Positions 48,525-59,094 are shown, numbered from the stretch's first letter. The stretch is 64,000 nucleotides of DNA from Euryarchaeota archaeon UBA19 (GCA_002502175.1 DAPQ01000060.1:7784-71783), one strand, 5' to 3'. Program-made: numbers and translations. The notes: a model not told the origin generated them from the letters alone.

Positions 48525-49455
48525 TTTCGTAAGTTCGACCATTCCTAGAATGAAGAAGCTCAATTCCACCCTCATGGTCAAGTAGCCAGCCCGGAATAGC
48601 AGAAGGAATTTCTTCTAGTATCGCCCCATCTGAATCAAATGACCACCTTTCTAACATAGTGCTTCTGACCGAACTTCCTTCAATGGCTTCTTCTTGTTTT
48701 TGTCTTCGGGACTCTAAAATCCCTACTAACATAACTCTCAAATCGGTATCTGTCAACCATTTATTTTCTTTGGCAATAATTAACCGTAGGTTTGGAGGGG
48801 TATTCAGAACTTGATCTGAATCATGGGCCTCCAAACGATTAGCCCATGGGTCTTCTAATACACTCCAATTACCCTCTTCCCTCTCTCCATCAGGACTGAC
48901 TAATGCACCATTTATGTTCCATATACGAGATTGTAGAAGTATTGGTTTAGCATCAACATATTCCATTCCTCTTTGTATACACCATTCATCAAGGTCAATT
49001 ATTGGAGGCAAAATGACTAACTTATTCGGAAGTTTTTCTTCAATAATTTCTTCAGTGATTTCTTCATTAGGGGTTATTTGAGGAATTTTGGCTTCTAAAT
49101 CTCCGCGTAAAACTGCTTCTCCAATCCAACGGCTTAAGACATCAGGATTCCAAAGTTCAATTTTCAATTTTGAAGACAATATTTCCTTAGCCTGGTCTTC
49201 AAATTCTCTCTCACTCAAAATCCAATGAGGGCCACTAGGAGCATCTACAAGCCATCTTTCAGCTTCCGCGACACTTACTGGAATAATCGCTTTAGGCACA
49301 TGCCAAACATGCACTGAAGAACCTGTATCCTCTTCTAATTCAGGAATTTTCTCAGCTACTCCAAGGCACCGGAAACCAACAGTTTCGACTAGATTACTAG
49401 CCTCGGATAATCTAACTCCGCGAAGATTGAGTAAATCCCCCACGGTATTATCCAT
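48502..49455 (-). CDS. hypothetical acidic protein in the position normally occupied by nusA downstream of rpl30e
   Basis: 317 aa with no KH (GxxG) motifs. Follows rpl30e on the same strand after an 85-nt gap. Confidence 0.35.
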   Translation of the reverse strand: MDNTVGDLLNLRGVRLSEASNLVETVGFRCLGVAEKIPELEEDTGSSVHVWHVPKAIIPVSVAEAERWLVDAPSGPHWILSEREFEDQAKEILSSKLKIELWNPDVLSRWIGEAVLRGDLEAKIPQITPNEEITEEIIEEKLPNKLVILPPIIDLDEWCIQRGMEYVDAKPILLQSRIWNINGALVSPDGEREEGNWSVLEDPWANRLEAHDSDQVLNTPPNLRLIIAKENKWLTDTDLRVMLVGILESRRQKQEEAIEGSSVRSTMLERWSFDSDGAILEEIPSAIPGWLLDHEGGIELLHSRNGRTYEINSSEAP

Positions 49456-49540
49456 GTCTTCTGGTAGTCGTTTATCCCTTGAAGGGAATCCCTACAAAGT
49501 ATGATTTGGCAGCGAAAATGAAGGCTAATATTCTACGCCA

Positions 49541-49858
49541 TCAGAGGTTTGTACTCAGAGTTAGAAGGTCTGACTGACCTGGGTCTATAACACATAATGC
49601 ACTAACTGGGAATGGTTTGGCACAAGCCGCACCCAACTGCCTGTTTACCATCGTAACTCTATGAACTGGGATATCAGGATGGCTAGTTGTCAAACTGGAT
49701 ATGTAATCCTCCGGACAGTTTGCCGCCACCAATACCAATCTGGCATCTCCTTTATTGCATGCACTTGTCGTTTGGCGTTGGCCAAATAGTACATTTCCTG
49801 TGCTAATTCCTTGTTTTAGTTGTCTTGCTAGATCCATTAGAATTCCTCCTTCAAGCAT
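49541..49858 (-). CDS. rpl30e: 50S ribosomal protein L30e
   Basis: '[13 protein letters not shown]'-type motif ('[16 protein letters not shown]'). Position downstream of rpoA'' is canonical. Confidence 0.8.
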   Translation of the reverse strand: MLEGGILMDLARQLKQGISTGNVLFGQRQTTSACNKGDARLVLVAANCPEDYISSLTTSHPDIPVHRVTMVNRQLGAACAKPFPVSALCVIDPGQSDLLTLSTNL

Positions 49859-51431
49859 CTGCCTCTTCAGGTATGTAAAACAAATCTACACTACCTGTTC
49901 CAAGGGCTACTGGTTGACCAACGATAATATTCTCAGTTACACCTCTTAGGTGGTCTCTTTCACCAATTACACCAGCACGAAGTAAGTGGTTAACAGAGAC
50001 TTCGAACGCTGATCTTGCTAGAATACTGTGTTTCGTACCGCTAACTCCGTGTCGTCCAATCGCACGAACTTCACCTTCGCTAGTCATCACGTCAGCCACA
50101 GTGATTAGGTGCCTAGTGTCGACCTCCAAACCTGCCCCTTCAAGAGTATCTTTCATCTCATTGACGATTGCTTGCCTTGCCGCTTCAACTCCTAGATATT
50201 GGTAAATTTCATTGATATTGTTTGTGTAAGTTCTGCCTCTGTCTACACCTGCAAATTCACTGACCTTTGCTAGATTTGAGCCAATTGTGGCGATGTAATA
50301 CTCGCCGGTATCCTTGTTTGGACCCTGAACATTTGCTCGAATAATATCTGGCAATCCCTTTAATCTAAGTTTCTTGACTTTGTCCTCAAGTTGCAGTAAT
50401 GCGGTGTATGTTGGAGGATCATTTGCCAATGTTGCTAGATCATCTTCTTTGGTAACTCCAGGAATTACCTTGAGGACCTTAGGCTTGTCTTCATTATCAG
50501 CCTGAATGTATAGTCGAAGAGCTCTTTGCAGTTTATCTCTAACCTCAGCACCAGTCATTTTCTTCAAACGTAGGTTTGAGGCGTTTAAATCTAAATTAAG
50601 GTGCCTTTGAGCGACATCCACATCGATGGAAGCGATGTCTCTAGTCGTAGTTGTTTCAATTGAGGCCGCAATCGCTTGAACCTTCTTTTCATTGGTTCGC
50701 AGAGGCTTACCTTTGGAATCATTCTCATCGAGATAAACAAGCATTGTCGGTGTTTTTGGCACCTTCCTTGCATCAACAATTTCGATTACTCTCGGAAGAC
50801 CTTGGGTTACGTTAACCGTAGCTACACCAGCATAGTGGAAAGTACGCATTGTCATCTGAGTCCCAGGCTCTCCAATTGATTGAGCAGTGGTTATCCCTAC
50901 AGCCTCGTGTGGATCGACTCTTGACATTTCCATGCCGGATGCGGCACAAGTTACGACCTTGCGTGCTTCCGCTGCGGTAAGTTTCTTCTTTCCTCTAGAT
51001 AGCAAGCCATTGACTAAATCATTGATTGTCTTCGGTGTAATTCGAATGTTTTCCTTTGCGGCTGCGTCTGAAAGACTGGTGAACATTGGGTTCTCAATAT
51101 CTAAATCACGGTGGATTTGACGCATCTTGTCTTCCGAGTCATATTCTTGCAGAGGAAGAACGCTCTTCTTTCTGCGTCTTGTAGCAACACGGCGACGGAT
51201 CAAAGTCTTCTCCGCTGCCTTTTCCTTTTGAGCCGCTTTGGTAGAGCCTTGAATGACTTCAGATATATTCTGTGCCATTCCAGAATCGGTGGCGCAAATT
51301 TGTGCGATTTCTCCAGCGGTAAGCACCTTCACGTCATCCCACTTGCGGTCATCTGCAAGGCGATGTGCATATTCCTCTGCGATTCCAAGATCCATCAACT
51401 TCTTTTTGGTTGCACTCTTGACTACCATCAC
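49851..51431 (-). CDS. rpoA2: DNA-directed RNA polymerase subunit A'' with ~110-aa N-terminal (HhH)2-like extension plus Arg-rich linker
   Basis: A'' core blocks '[25 protein letters not shown]', '[10 protein letters not shown]'. The N-terminus '[26 protein letters not shown]...' is paralogous to the RpoH N-terminus. Linker '[14 protein letters not shown]'. Confidence 0.85.
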   Translation of the reverse strand: MMVVKSATKKKLMDLGIAEEYAHRLADDRKWDDVKVLTAGEIAQICATDSGMAQNISEVIQGSTKAAQKEKAAEKTLIRRRVATRRRKKSVLPLQEYDSEDKMRQIHRDLDIENPMFTSLSDAAAKENIRITPKTINDLVNGLLSRGKKKLTAAEARKVVTCAASGMEMSRVDPHEAVGITTAQSIGEPGTQMTMRTFHYAGVATVNVTQGLPRVIEIVDARKVPKTPTMLVYLDENDSKGKPLRTNEKKVQAIAASIETTTTRDIASIDVDVAQRHLNLDLNASNLRLKKMTGAEVRDKLQRALRLYIQADNEDKPKVLKVIPGVTKEDDLATLANDPPTYTALLQLEDKVKKLRLKGLPDIIRANVQGPNKDTGEYYIATIGSNLAKVSEFAGVDRGRTYTNNINEIYQYLGVEAARQAIVNEMKDTLEGAGLEVDTRHLITVADVMTSEGEVRAIGRHGVSGTKHSILARSAFEVSVNHLLRAGVIGERDHLRGVTENIIVGQPVALGTGSVDLFYIPEEADA

Positions 51432-54400
51432 TCATCACCTCCTAGAGCATCATCGAGAACCTTGGTGATATCAAATGGCATACCCTTTCGACTTCTAGCT
51501 GGGTCAATTCCATCTTCACCATACTCGAATTGGATAATCCTATCGGCAGTATTTCTAACTGAGCCGTTTCCATCTTCAGACACCTTGAGGTCGTCCATTG
51601 CGTTGATTAGACGGCGTTGCATATATCCTGACTTAGAGGTACGAACCGCGGTATCGACTAGGGACTCTCGTCCAGATACTGATAGCATGAAGAACTCAGT
51701 TGGCTCAAGCCCTTGCTTAAACGAAGAAGAGACGAATCCCTTTTCTTCCGCTCCTTTTACTCCACGAGGGAAGTGGGAAAGTACTCTGTCTTGGTAACCT
51801 CGCTCTAGACGCTTTCCACGGACCTTTGGTTGTCCTATCGAACCTGCCATCATCGCTAGGTTATCCATTGAACCACGAGCTCCCGATGTTGCCATGATTA
51901 CAGCAGAGTTATCCTCTCCAAGGTATGACTTAGCAACATTACCAGATTCTGCTTTAGCGGAATCTAGAATTTGCAGTATGTTCTCTTCAAGCGTCTCGAT
52001 TGGAGTTCTTCCCGGTCGAGTCTCATATCCACGTCCATTTTTGCCAAACTTTGCCAATTCTGCGTCTACTTCGTCACTAGCTCGGACGTTGATTTCAGAG
52101 ATTTCCTTAATCGCCGCGAGGGGTAAGTCTTCGTCATCGATTCCAGTAGTGAATCCAAGAGATGTACAAATTGCGATTGTCATCTTTGTCATTCTGTTTA
52201 GGAATTCAGCGCCACGGTTAGTACCGTGAGTCTGAACTACCGCATCAAGTAATCTACCATCTTCTGCACCAATTCCTCGCTTGTCGATAGTACCACTGAC
52301 AATACCAGTAGAAGTAACATTGACTTCGTCTCCACTTCTACTCGTGTAGTTTAATTTGAATCCTGCAGGGACAATTAGGCTGAGGAGATCAGCACCTCTG
52401 TAACCTACCATACCATCCTTAGTTGTGACTTCTTCTGGCATCTCTCCATCCCAGCCTACTGAACCCAATACTTCCATAGCCAGTTCCTTAGGTAGAACTC
52501 TGTCACCATGAGTTAGAAGATAAGCTCCTGAAATATGGTCATGTATTCCTCCAATAACCGAACCACCGTATCTTGGAGTAATGATGTGTTCCTGAACTCT
52601 CATCAAAATCTTCGCTTCGGCCCTTGCCTCTTCAGATTGTATGACGTGTAGATTCATTTCATCTCCGTCGAAATCAGCATTGTAGGGTGTACAATCTGCT
52701 AGATTGAATCGGAATGTCTTGCCTTGCATAACACGAATTTCGTGAACCAGCATAGACATTCTGTGAAGTGAAGGCTGCCGATTGAAGATTGCTACGTCCC
52801 CGTCGATAAGATGTCTTTCAACAATTACACCAGGTCGCGGGTTACCGTCCCTATCGTAAGTTGAAAGTCTGTCTTCAACTTCAGTTCGGTATACATTACC
52901 GTGCTCGTCTTCCACCGCAGGACTGCCACAATGAGGGCAGTACACTTCAAGGTGCTCTGGGAAATATTCGTCAGGGTTGTTCTGCTCCCATACCCATCGA
53001 TTATGGATAATTGCTCGAGGGTCGTCCTCAGCTAGTTGACGACCATTTTCGTCTTCACCTCGTAGGTTGGAAATTGTTGTGTCAAGATCTACTGACCAAA
53101 CATCCTCGAGGTCACCCAGTTCATTCCTTCGCATCTGCTTCATTAGTTCAAGCCCAGGAAGGAAGTTTGGTGCAGGGAGTACTGTGTTGAGGTCTGGCCG
53201 ATATCCATCATAGGGCTCTTCGTCGCTTCCGCAATGACAATCTGGATTCAAACAACGGAATCCAGCCCAGATGAATTTTGTCCTATCAGTGATTCTTACT
53301 CTGAAACTATCTCCTCTGATAATGTAGTTAACACCAGGATGGACATCCGGCCCACGCATAATCATCCTTCGTAATTGTTCTCGGTTCCTGCTAGTTGCAC
53401 GGATTGGAACTGTCAATTCCTTGGCTGTTTGAACTGGAACACCAACCTCGTTAATTCCAAGATTTGGATCTGGGCTGATTACAGTACGAGCACAGAAGTT
53501 AACTCGCTTTCCGGAAAGATTGCTTCGGAATCTTCCTTCCTTACCCTTGAGGCGTTGTGAAAGAGTCTTCAGAGGCCTTCCAGAGCGGTGCCTTGCTGGT
53601 GGAATACCGCTGGTCTGATTATCGAAATATGTTGTAACGTGGTATTGCAATAATTCCCAGAGATCTTCAACAATTAATTGCGGTGCTCCAGCGTCACGGT
53701 TTTCTCGTAGTCGTTGGTTGATTCTGAGAACGTCGACCAATTTGTGAGTGAGGTCATCTTCGGAGCGATCTCCGCTATCCAAAGTAATTGATGGACGTAC
53801 TGTTATTGGCGGCACTGGAAGAACCTTCATTATTGACCACTCAGGTCTACTAGAATTGCTATCCATTCCAAGGAATATCAAATGTTGGTCTGGAATCTTT
53901 TCTAGCCATTCTCGGATATCTCTTGCATTCAACTTGTGTTCCCCTTTGTCGGCTTTCTTCTCCTTGAAAGTAGAAGGCTTGTCTAGGAGAATCTTACCTT
54001 GTTCCGCGCCACAGTGCATGCAAATAGCACGCTTGGCGCTGGAACATTCCTTCTCGATTTCCTTGATGATTTTCTTGAATTCAGTGGAACCTACACCATG
54101 CTTTCGCATTACATCATGAACACGGTCACGGTAGTAATCTTGTTCAGACTTTTCTGGATCTAGAGGGTGAGTGTCTGCTGCACTGTGCAGAAGAATTTGG
54201 CTACATTCATTGCAAGTGCACTTCAGAGCCGTTTTGATTAGAGCGGTGAATCCGATGTGCATAACAGGTAGTTCAAGCGCGATATGCCCGAAATGACTCG
54301 GGCACTCGTCATGCTTATTTCCACACGTCTCACAGCGAATTCCTGGGTCAATGACTCCCATTTTTGGATCCATCAATCCTTGCTTGAACGCGTGTCCATC

Positions 54401-54526
54401 ATCCTTGTAAGTGTCTGCTGTCTTTACTTCAACTGCCGACATCTTTCGAATCTCATTTGGATCCATTAGGCTGAACTTGATCGAATCTATCCTCTTTGGG
54501 ATTTTTGCTACTCCACGGGCACTCAT
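51428..54526 (-). CDS. rpoA1: DNA-directed RNA polymerase subunit A' (with lineage-specific zinc-ribbon insertion)
   Basis: Zn sites '[17 protein letters not shown]', 'CTCNEC...CMHCG'. '[12 protein letters not shown]' active site. '[11 protein letters not shown]'. 1032 aa versus ~880 typical. Confidence 0.9.
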   Translation of the reverse strand: MSARGVAKIPKRIDSIKFSLMDPNEIRKMSAVEVKTADTYKDDGHAFKQGLMDPKMGVIDPGIRCETCGNKHDECPSHFGHIALELPVMHIGFTALIKTALKCTCNECSQILLHSAADTHPLDPEKSEQDYYRDRVHDVMRKHGVGSTEFKKIIKEIEKECSSAKRAICMHCGAEQGKILLDKPSTFKEKKADKGEHKLNARDIREWLEKIPDQHLIFLGMDSNSSRPEWSIMKVLPVPPITVRPSITLDSGDRSEDDLTHKLVDVLRINQRLRENRDAGAPQLIVEDLWELLQYHVTTYFDNQTSGIPPARHRSGRPLKTLSQRLKGKEGRFRSNLSGKRVNFCARTVISPDPNLGINEVGVPVQTAKELTVPIRATSRNREQLRRMIMRGPDVHPGVNYIIRGDSFRVRITDRTKFIWAGFRCLNPDCHCGSDEEPYDGYRPDLNTVLPAPNFLPGLELMKQMRRNELGDLEDVWSVDLDTTISNLRGEDENGRQLAEDDPRAIIHNRWVWEQNNPDEYFPEHLEVYCPHCGSPAVEDEHGNVYRTEVEDRLSTYDRDGNPRPGVIVERHLIDGDVAIFNRQPSLHRMSMLVHEIRVMQGKTFRFNLADCTPYNADFDGDEMNLHVIQSEEARAEAKILMRVQEHIITPRYGGSVIGGIHDHISGAYLLTHGDRVLPKELAMEVLGSVGWDGEMPEEVTTKDGMVGYRGADLLSLIVPAGFKLNYTSRSGDEVNVTSTGIVSGTIDKRGIGAEDGRLLDAVVQTHGTNRGAEFLNRMTKMTIAICTSLGFTTGIDDEDLPLAAIKEISEINVRASDEVDAELAKFGKNGRGYETRPGRTPIETLEENILQILDSAKAESGNVAKSYLGEDNSAVIMATSGARGSMDNLAMMAGSIGQPKVRGKRLERGYQDRVLSHFPRGVKGAEEKGFVSSSFKQGLEPTEFFMLSVSGRESLVDTAVRTSKSGYMQRRLINAMDDLKVSEDGNGSVRNTADRIIQFEYGEDGIDPARSRKGMPFDITKVLDDALGGDE

Positions 54527-57500
54527 CTTCGGTCCTCCAATTCAAGGCGCATAGCCACTCCAAGACTCTTCATTTCGTCCAGAAGTAGCTTGAAAGCGTA
54601 GGAGGTTTGTACCGAATGAACATCTGCTCGATCGCCACAGACCGGGCAAACCGGTGTCCTCCTCTTCCAATCATAATACGCGATATGTCCACAGCCACTG
54701 TTGTTACAAACCATCAGTGGCCAACCATCCGATTCATCGAGCAGTCTATCTTTGATTACCATCGAAGCACCGTGGGCAATTAGACAATCTCTCTCCATTT
54801 CTCCGAACCTGAGACCACCTTGTCGGGCTCGTCCCTCTGTTGGCTGTCGAGTCAAGATTTGTACTCGACCACGGCTTCGGGCGTGCAGTTTGCTGCTAAC
54901 TAAGTGGTGTAGGCGCTGATAGAAAATTACTCCAGTGAAAATTTCAGCTTGGAAGGCTTCTCCGGTTTCACCGCTAATCATCGGTTCTCTTCCTGTGTGC
55001 GCGAAACCATTTCTAAGTAGTCCAGAGCGAAGTGATTCTTCCTTTTCTCCGCTAAACGCAGTACCGTCAATCTGTCGACCTTCCATGGAACCAACCTTTC
55101 CACCAATCATCTCTAAAACGTGTGCTACTGTCATTCTAGATGGAATAGCGTGAGGATTGATAATTAGGTCGGGAACGATACCGTCAACAGTGAATGGCAT
55201 ATCCTTCTCATCTACGAGTCTGCCAATTACACCCTTCTGACCGTGTCGACTTGCGAATTTATCACCTAATTCAGGTACCTTTTCTGTCCTCAAAGTGATG
55301 CGGCACAGAAGTCCGGAATCGAGTGATTCTGTAACGAATACATTGTCTACCCATCCAGATTCACCATTACGAACCATCATTGATGATTCTCGGCGTTCTT
55401 GGGCTTGTAGGAAATGTCCATGTGATTCTTCAAGGAATCTTGGAGGGCTTGTTTTTCCTACTAAGACTCCGGTATCTGCACCAACACTTGACAAATGAGT
55501 CTCTGGAGTTGGAAGACCATCCCTTTCTAAGTGGACGTAGCTCTCCCAAGACTTGAGGCCCTTTACCTCGTCAAGTCCAGTTCCTGGAACTTCAATTTGC
55601 TCTTTTTGTCCACCAGGGAATTGTTTGTTCTCGGCATTGTATGTGCGAATGAATGATGAGCGGCCCAGCGATCTCTCGACTGCTGCTCTATTCATAACCA
55701 CGGCGTCTTGCATGTTGTATCCATGATGGCTCAATATAGCCACAACGAAATTTTGTCCGCCCGGTCTTTGGGCGAAATTAGTAGTCTTCATCGAGCGTGT
55801 TCCGACAATTGATTGCTGTGGATAATGCATTACGTGCATACGGGTATCTGGCCTTAGGCGGTAGTTTGCACTTGGAAGACCAAGGCTTTGCTTCACCATT
55901 GCTGTACCACCGGTAACTCTTGGAGTAGAGTTGTGCTCAGGATAAGGCACTAGTGATGCACATACACCTAGAATTAGTTGAGGGTCTATCTCGACGTGAG
56001 TGTAGGCGAGAACTGTGTTTTGCCTCTTCTGCTTTCGTAGAATAGCCTCAAGATCCTCTTGATAGTAGTTTAGTGGTACACTGAAATTCTCTATCTCCGA
56101 ATCCCCATTAGGCATCTTTACTTCTACGCGTAGTTTTGCTTTCTTAATTTGAGAAGCACCTAGGTTTACCCATTCCACGGAAGCTGGATTTATTGGACGA
56201 CCATGCTTTGGAGAAACCATAGGTAAATCGAACGGCCGAGGTGCAATAAGGAGGTCTTCCTCTTCTTCTGCATCCACCCATTCAACTACACCGTTTGATA
56301 CTAAATCAGCAAACGTCCATTCTCCTGATTTTATCAAGTCGAGATGGTCTTTGGAAAGTACCAAATCACCGTCTTCGAGGACCAAAAGAGGCCTCAGTAT
56401 TCGACCTCTGTCAGTGTTGATGAAAATATCTCTATTTGCCCCGTCATATCGTATACTTACCTCGGGACGGATTCTTCCCTGGCGCCTTCGACGCTTGAAT
56501 TGATTAACCAACTTAGTGGCGTTTTTGTGTAATCCGAAAATGTCTCCATTAACGTGTACACGGAATCCTTCAGCCCATCCGGCAGGTGAAGAATCAACTC
56601 CTGCTTCGCTTAGGAGTTGCTTTACCTCGTTCTCATGAACTTCTTCTGAGACGTCAATCATCTGAGATGCGTTCTTGACCAAGCCACAATTCTGCCCTTC
56701 GGGCGTCTCGTTTGGACAGAGCCTACCCCATTGAGTGGGGTGCAGATCTCGAGCTTCGAAGTGAGGTTGGCTGCGAACCAAGGGGCTCGTTACTCTACGC
56801 ATGTGTGACAGAGCCGCAAGATAGGTAGTCCTGTCCAGAAGTTGACTGACACCGCTACGTCCGCCAACCCAATTTCCGGTTGCCAAAGCGTGCATTATTT
56901 TCTGAGTTAGAACATCAGGTCGCAAGCAGGCGTTGATTCTTAATTCGCGCTTTCTGTTGTGATGGCGCTCTAATTGATACTTTAGATCACGTGCAAGTTG
57001 TTGAAGGCTTACTCGGAATAGATCTTCGACTAAGTCCCCTGCTAATCTAACTCTCTTGTTAGCGTAATGGTCCTTGTCATTAGGGTCTTGGTCTGTAATT
57101 GCCATTTCAAGGACTTGGCGTACAATTCGGCCGAGGAATATTGCTTTCTTCTCTCGGTGTTCGGGGCCTGAACCAAGGTGAGGTAGTAGTTCCTTGTCCA
57201 ACAAATTCTGAATTCTCGCTTCTCGATATTCCTTCTGCTGACCAGCGGCGAATTTCTTCTCTAGCCATTGAAGGGCTTCCTCGGAAGTCTCTACGTTATA
57301 TTCTTCGTTATCTTTGACATCGTTTAGATTAGCAACAGTATACTTCATCGCTTCAGCTGGACCTGCAATTGCAGTGAAAATTTCCTTATCATTCTCCATG
57401 CCGAGAGAACGCATTAGCAGAACCACTGGAATTGGAGTTGTTCCTGCACTTGGAATCTTAACCATAAGCATACCATCACGGCGCTTTTCTATGTTCAGTG

Positions 57501-58209
57501 GCTTTCTAACTCCATCTTTTTGTGAGAAAATCTTTGCAACTTCTGTTTCATGAGCATATTTCTTATTCTTCTCCACAGTGACTCGGTTTGGCGCTAGATC
57601 TTCCATCGAGATTAGTACTCTTTCTGTACCGTTGATAATGAAATAGCCACCAGGGTCTAGAGGGTCTTCTCCTGCTCTACGTAGTAACTCAGTTAATCTC
57701 TCAGCATCCTCTGTGGAAGTGTGAGGTGATAACTTTCTATCGTCATCAGCACATAGGTGAGAGATATGGTTAGCGTGTAGATTACACTGAGCAGAACGAA
57801 CCATAATTGGGAGGTTACCAATGTGCACCCTCTCTTCTATATCCGGAGTTGGTTTGTCATCTCGGATAATTTGGAAATCTAGGTGCACTGGTGAGAAATA
57901 AGTTAGTTTCCTTAGCCTGCACTCTAATGGGGTCGCAGGATGTTCTGCGCCATTTGCTTCCCGGATTGTAGGGCGGCCAAGATGAATATTCTTCATTCTG
58001 ATGACGATCTCTTTGTCTAGAACGTCCAGTTTGATTATTCCACCGTCATCGTCTTCTACTGGCTCATCAGTTCCAATGCGAATATTTCGAACGATTTTTT
58101 CCATTCGGCTTAATTTACCGTCGGTAGATGGAATACAATCATTGTAGGATGCTAATTGGTGGTTAACCAAGCTTCTTTGCTGAAAATAACTCTCTACGAT
58201 TTCCTTCAT
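54523..58209 (-). CDS. rpoB: DNA-directed RNA polymerase subunit B (unsplit)
   Basis: 1228 aa single ORF. 'GEMERDCLIAHGA', C-terminal Zn ribbon 'CNNSGCGHIAY...CPVCG'. 4-nt overlap with rpoA1. Confidence 0.9.
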   Translation of the reverse strand: MKEIVESYFQQRSLVNHQLASYNDCIPSTDGKLSRMEKIVRNIRIGTDEPVEDDDGGIIKLDVLDKEIVIRMKNIHLGRPTIREANGAEHPATPLECRLRKLTYFSPVHLDFQIIRDDKPTPDIEERVHIGNLPIMVRSAQCNLHANHISHLCADDDRKLSPHTSTEDAERLTELLRRAGEDPLDPGGYFIINGTERVLISMEDLAPNRVTVEKNKKYAHETEVAKIFSQKDGVRKPLNIEKRRDGMLMVKIPSAGTTPIPVVLLMRSLGMENDKEIFTAIAGPAEAMKYTVANLNDVKDNEEYNVETSEEALQWLEKKFAAGQQKEYREARIQNLLDKELLPHLGSGPEHREKKAIFLGRIVRQVLEMAITDQDPNDKDHYANKRVRLAGDLVEDLFRVSLQQLARDLKYQLERHHNRKRELRINACLRPDVLTQKIMHALATGNWVGGRSGVSQLLDRTTYLAALSHMRRVTSPLVRSQPHFEARDLHPTQWGRLCPNETPEGQNCGLVKNASQMIDVSEEVHENEVKQLLSEAGVDSSPAGWAEGFRVHVNGDIFGLHKNATKLVNQFKRRRRQGRIRPEVSIRYDGANRDIFINTDRGRILRPLLVLEDGDLVLSKDHLDLIKSGEWTFADLVSNGVVEWVDAEEEEDLLIAPRPFDLPMVSPKHGRPINPASVEWVNLGASQIKKAKLRVEVKMPNGDSEIENFSVPLNYYQEDLEAILRKQKRQNTVLAYTHVEIDPQLILGVCASLVPYPEHNSTPRVTGGTAMVKQSLGLPSANYRLRPDTRMHVMHYPQQSIVGTRSMKTTNFAQRPGGQNFVVAILSHHGYNMQDAVVMNRAAVERSLGRSSFIRTYNAENKQFPGGQKEQIEVPGTGLDEVKGLKSWESYVHLERDGLPTPETHLSSVGADTGVLVGKTSPPRFLEESHGHFLQAQERRESSMMVRNGESGWVDNVFVTESLDSGLLCRITLRTEKVPELGDKFASRHGQKGVIGRLVDEKDMPFTVDGIVPDLIINPHAIPSRMTVAHVLEMIGGKVGSMEGRQIDGTAFSGEKEESLRSGLLRNGFAHTGREPMISGETGEAFQAEIFTGVIFYQRLHHLVSSKLHARSRGRVQILTRQPTEGRARQGGLRFGEMERDCLIAHGASMVIKDRLLDESDGWPLMVCNNSGCGHIAYYDWKRRTPVCPVCGDRADVHSVQTSYAFKLLLDEMKSLGVAMRLELEDRR

Positions 58210-58221
58210 CTTCTCAACTCC

Positions 58222-58809
58222 TCAAGCACTCTCCACGATTAGTCTGAATGCGGTACTTGAACCGGCAACTCGGCTATATCGAACTACTCGCACTACTCTG
58301 TTTGCAAGCCATCCAGCAGGTAAATCATCTATCTCCGACTCTACCTTTTCTTTGATAGCTTGAACGGCAGGGTCGGTAATTAGAAGCTTAGGCAATAATT
58401 CCTTTGCAATCCTAATTCCGCCTTCATTGTCAGGAACTTCTAAACCCCAATGAGACAATACTGCGGACTCTTCTTCTTGTGAGACCAATTCATGGTGAGG
58501 AACTAATATGTGATTTAGGACATTAAAGCGATCGTCACCCTGAGGGATGTCGTCTAGTTCCAATGCCTTTCTTGAAATTGTAATTCTGCCGGAACGACTG
58601 CGTCGACGAGAGGTGTTGTGCTCTCTGATAATGGACATGATATTCTCGAGTGTTGCATCGCTCATCGCTACTCCAGTCTTTTCGGAAACTTCCTCAACCG
58701 TCATTCGCTTGATTGCATCCATGTTTGCGTCGTCAGCGAGTTTGTGGGCATGTTCTGCATCTATGCCCAACTCGATTAGACGCTTTTTTGTAGAACTCTT
58801 AACTGCCAT
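58222..58809 (-). CDS. rpoH: DNA-directed RNA polymerase subunit H with ~100-aa N-terminal (HhH)2-like extension
   Basis: C-terminal '[15 protein letters not shown]...[14 protein letters not shown]...[22 protein letters not shown]' is RpoH/Rpb5-C. The N-terminal '[26 protein letters not shown]...' is paralogous to the RpoA'' N-terminus. Confidence 0.8.
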   Translation of the reverse strand: MAVKSSTKKRLIELGIDAEHAHKLADDANMDAIKRMTVEEVSEKTGVAMSDATLENIMSIIREHNTSRRRSRSGRITISRKALELDDIPQGDDRFNVLNHILVPHHELVSQEEESAVLSHWGLEVPDNEGGIRIAKELLPKLLITDPAVQAIKEKVESEIDDLPAGWLANRVVRVVRYSRVAGSSTAFRLIVESA

Positions 58810-58858
58810 TTACGCCGCCCCAAAACCCAGAAAACCGTGTGCCTGAGGCTTGGTCAGG

Positions 58859-58932
58859 CGGGCCTGGAGGGATTCGAACCCCCGGCCACCGGGTTAAAAG
58901 CCCGGCGCTCTACCTGACTAAGCTACAGGCCC
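58859..58932 (-). tRNA. tRNA-Lys (anticodon UUU), CCA not encoded
   Basis: Full cloverleaf by hand: acceptor GGGCCTG/CAGGCCC. D-arm GCTT-AGTCAGGTA-GAGC. Anticodon arm CCGGG-CTTTTAA-CCCGG. T-arm GGGGG-TTCGAAT-CCCTC. Discriminator G. Confidence 0.8.
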
Positions 58933-59094
58933 ATGGCTAGTGCTGGGCTGCCGGTCGTCCGAAGGGGTGTTTAAGAAAGTGACGGTCTATGCGTAGCATA
59001 GGCACGGCTGGACCATTCACCCTCTTGGGGGCCGAGAGAGCGGAAAGAAGTAAGGACTTCCATGAATAAAGGTTTGCGCAATTAAGGTGATAAA

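Noticed and set aside
49851-51431. Intein in the over-long RpoA'' or RpoA'
   Set aside because: The extra length is explained by an N-terminal module (A'') and an internal acidic Zn-ribbon insertion (A'). No intein blocks (C/S-start splicing motif, HN-C/S/T end, LAGLIDADG) are present.
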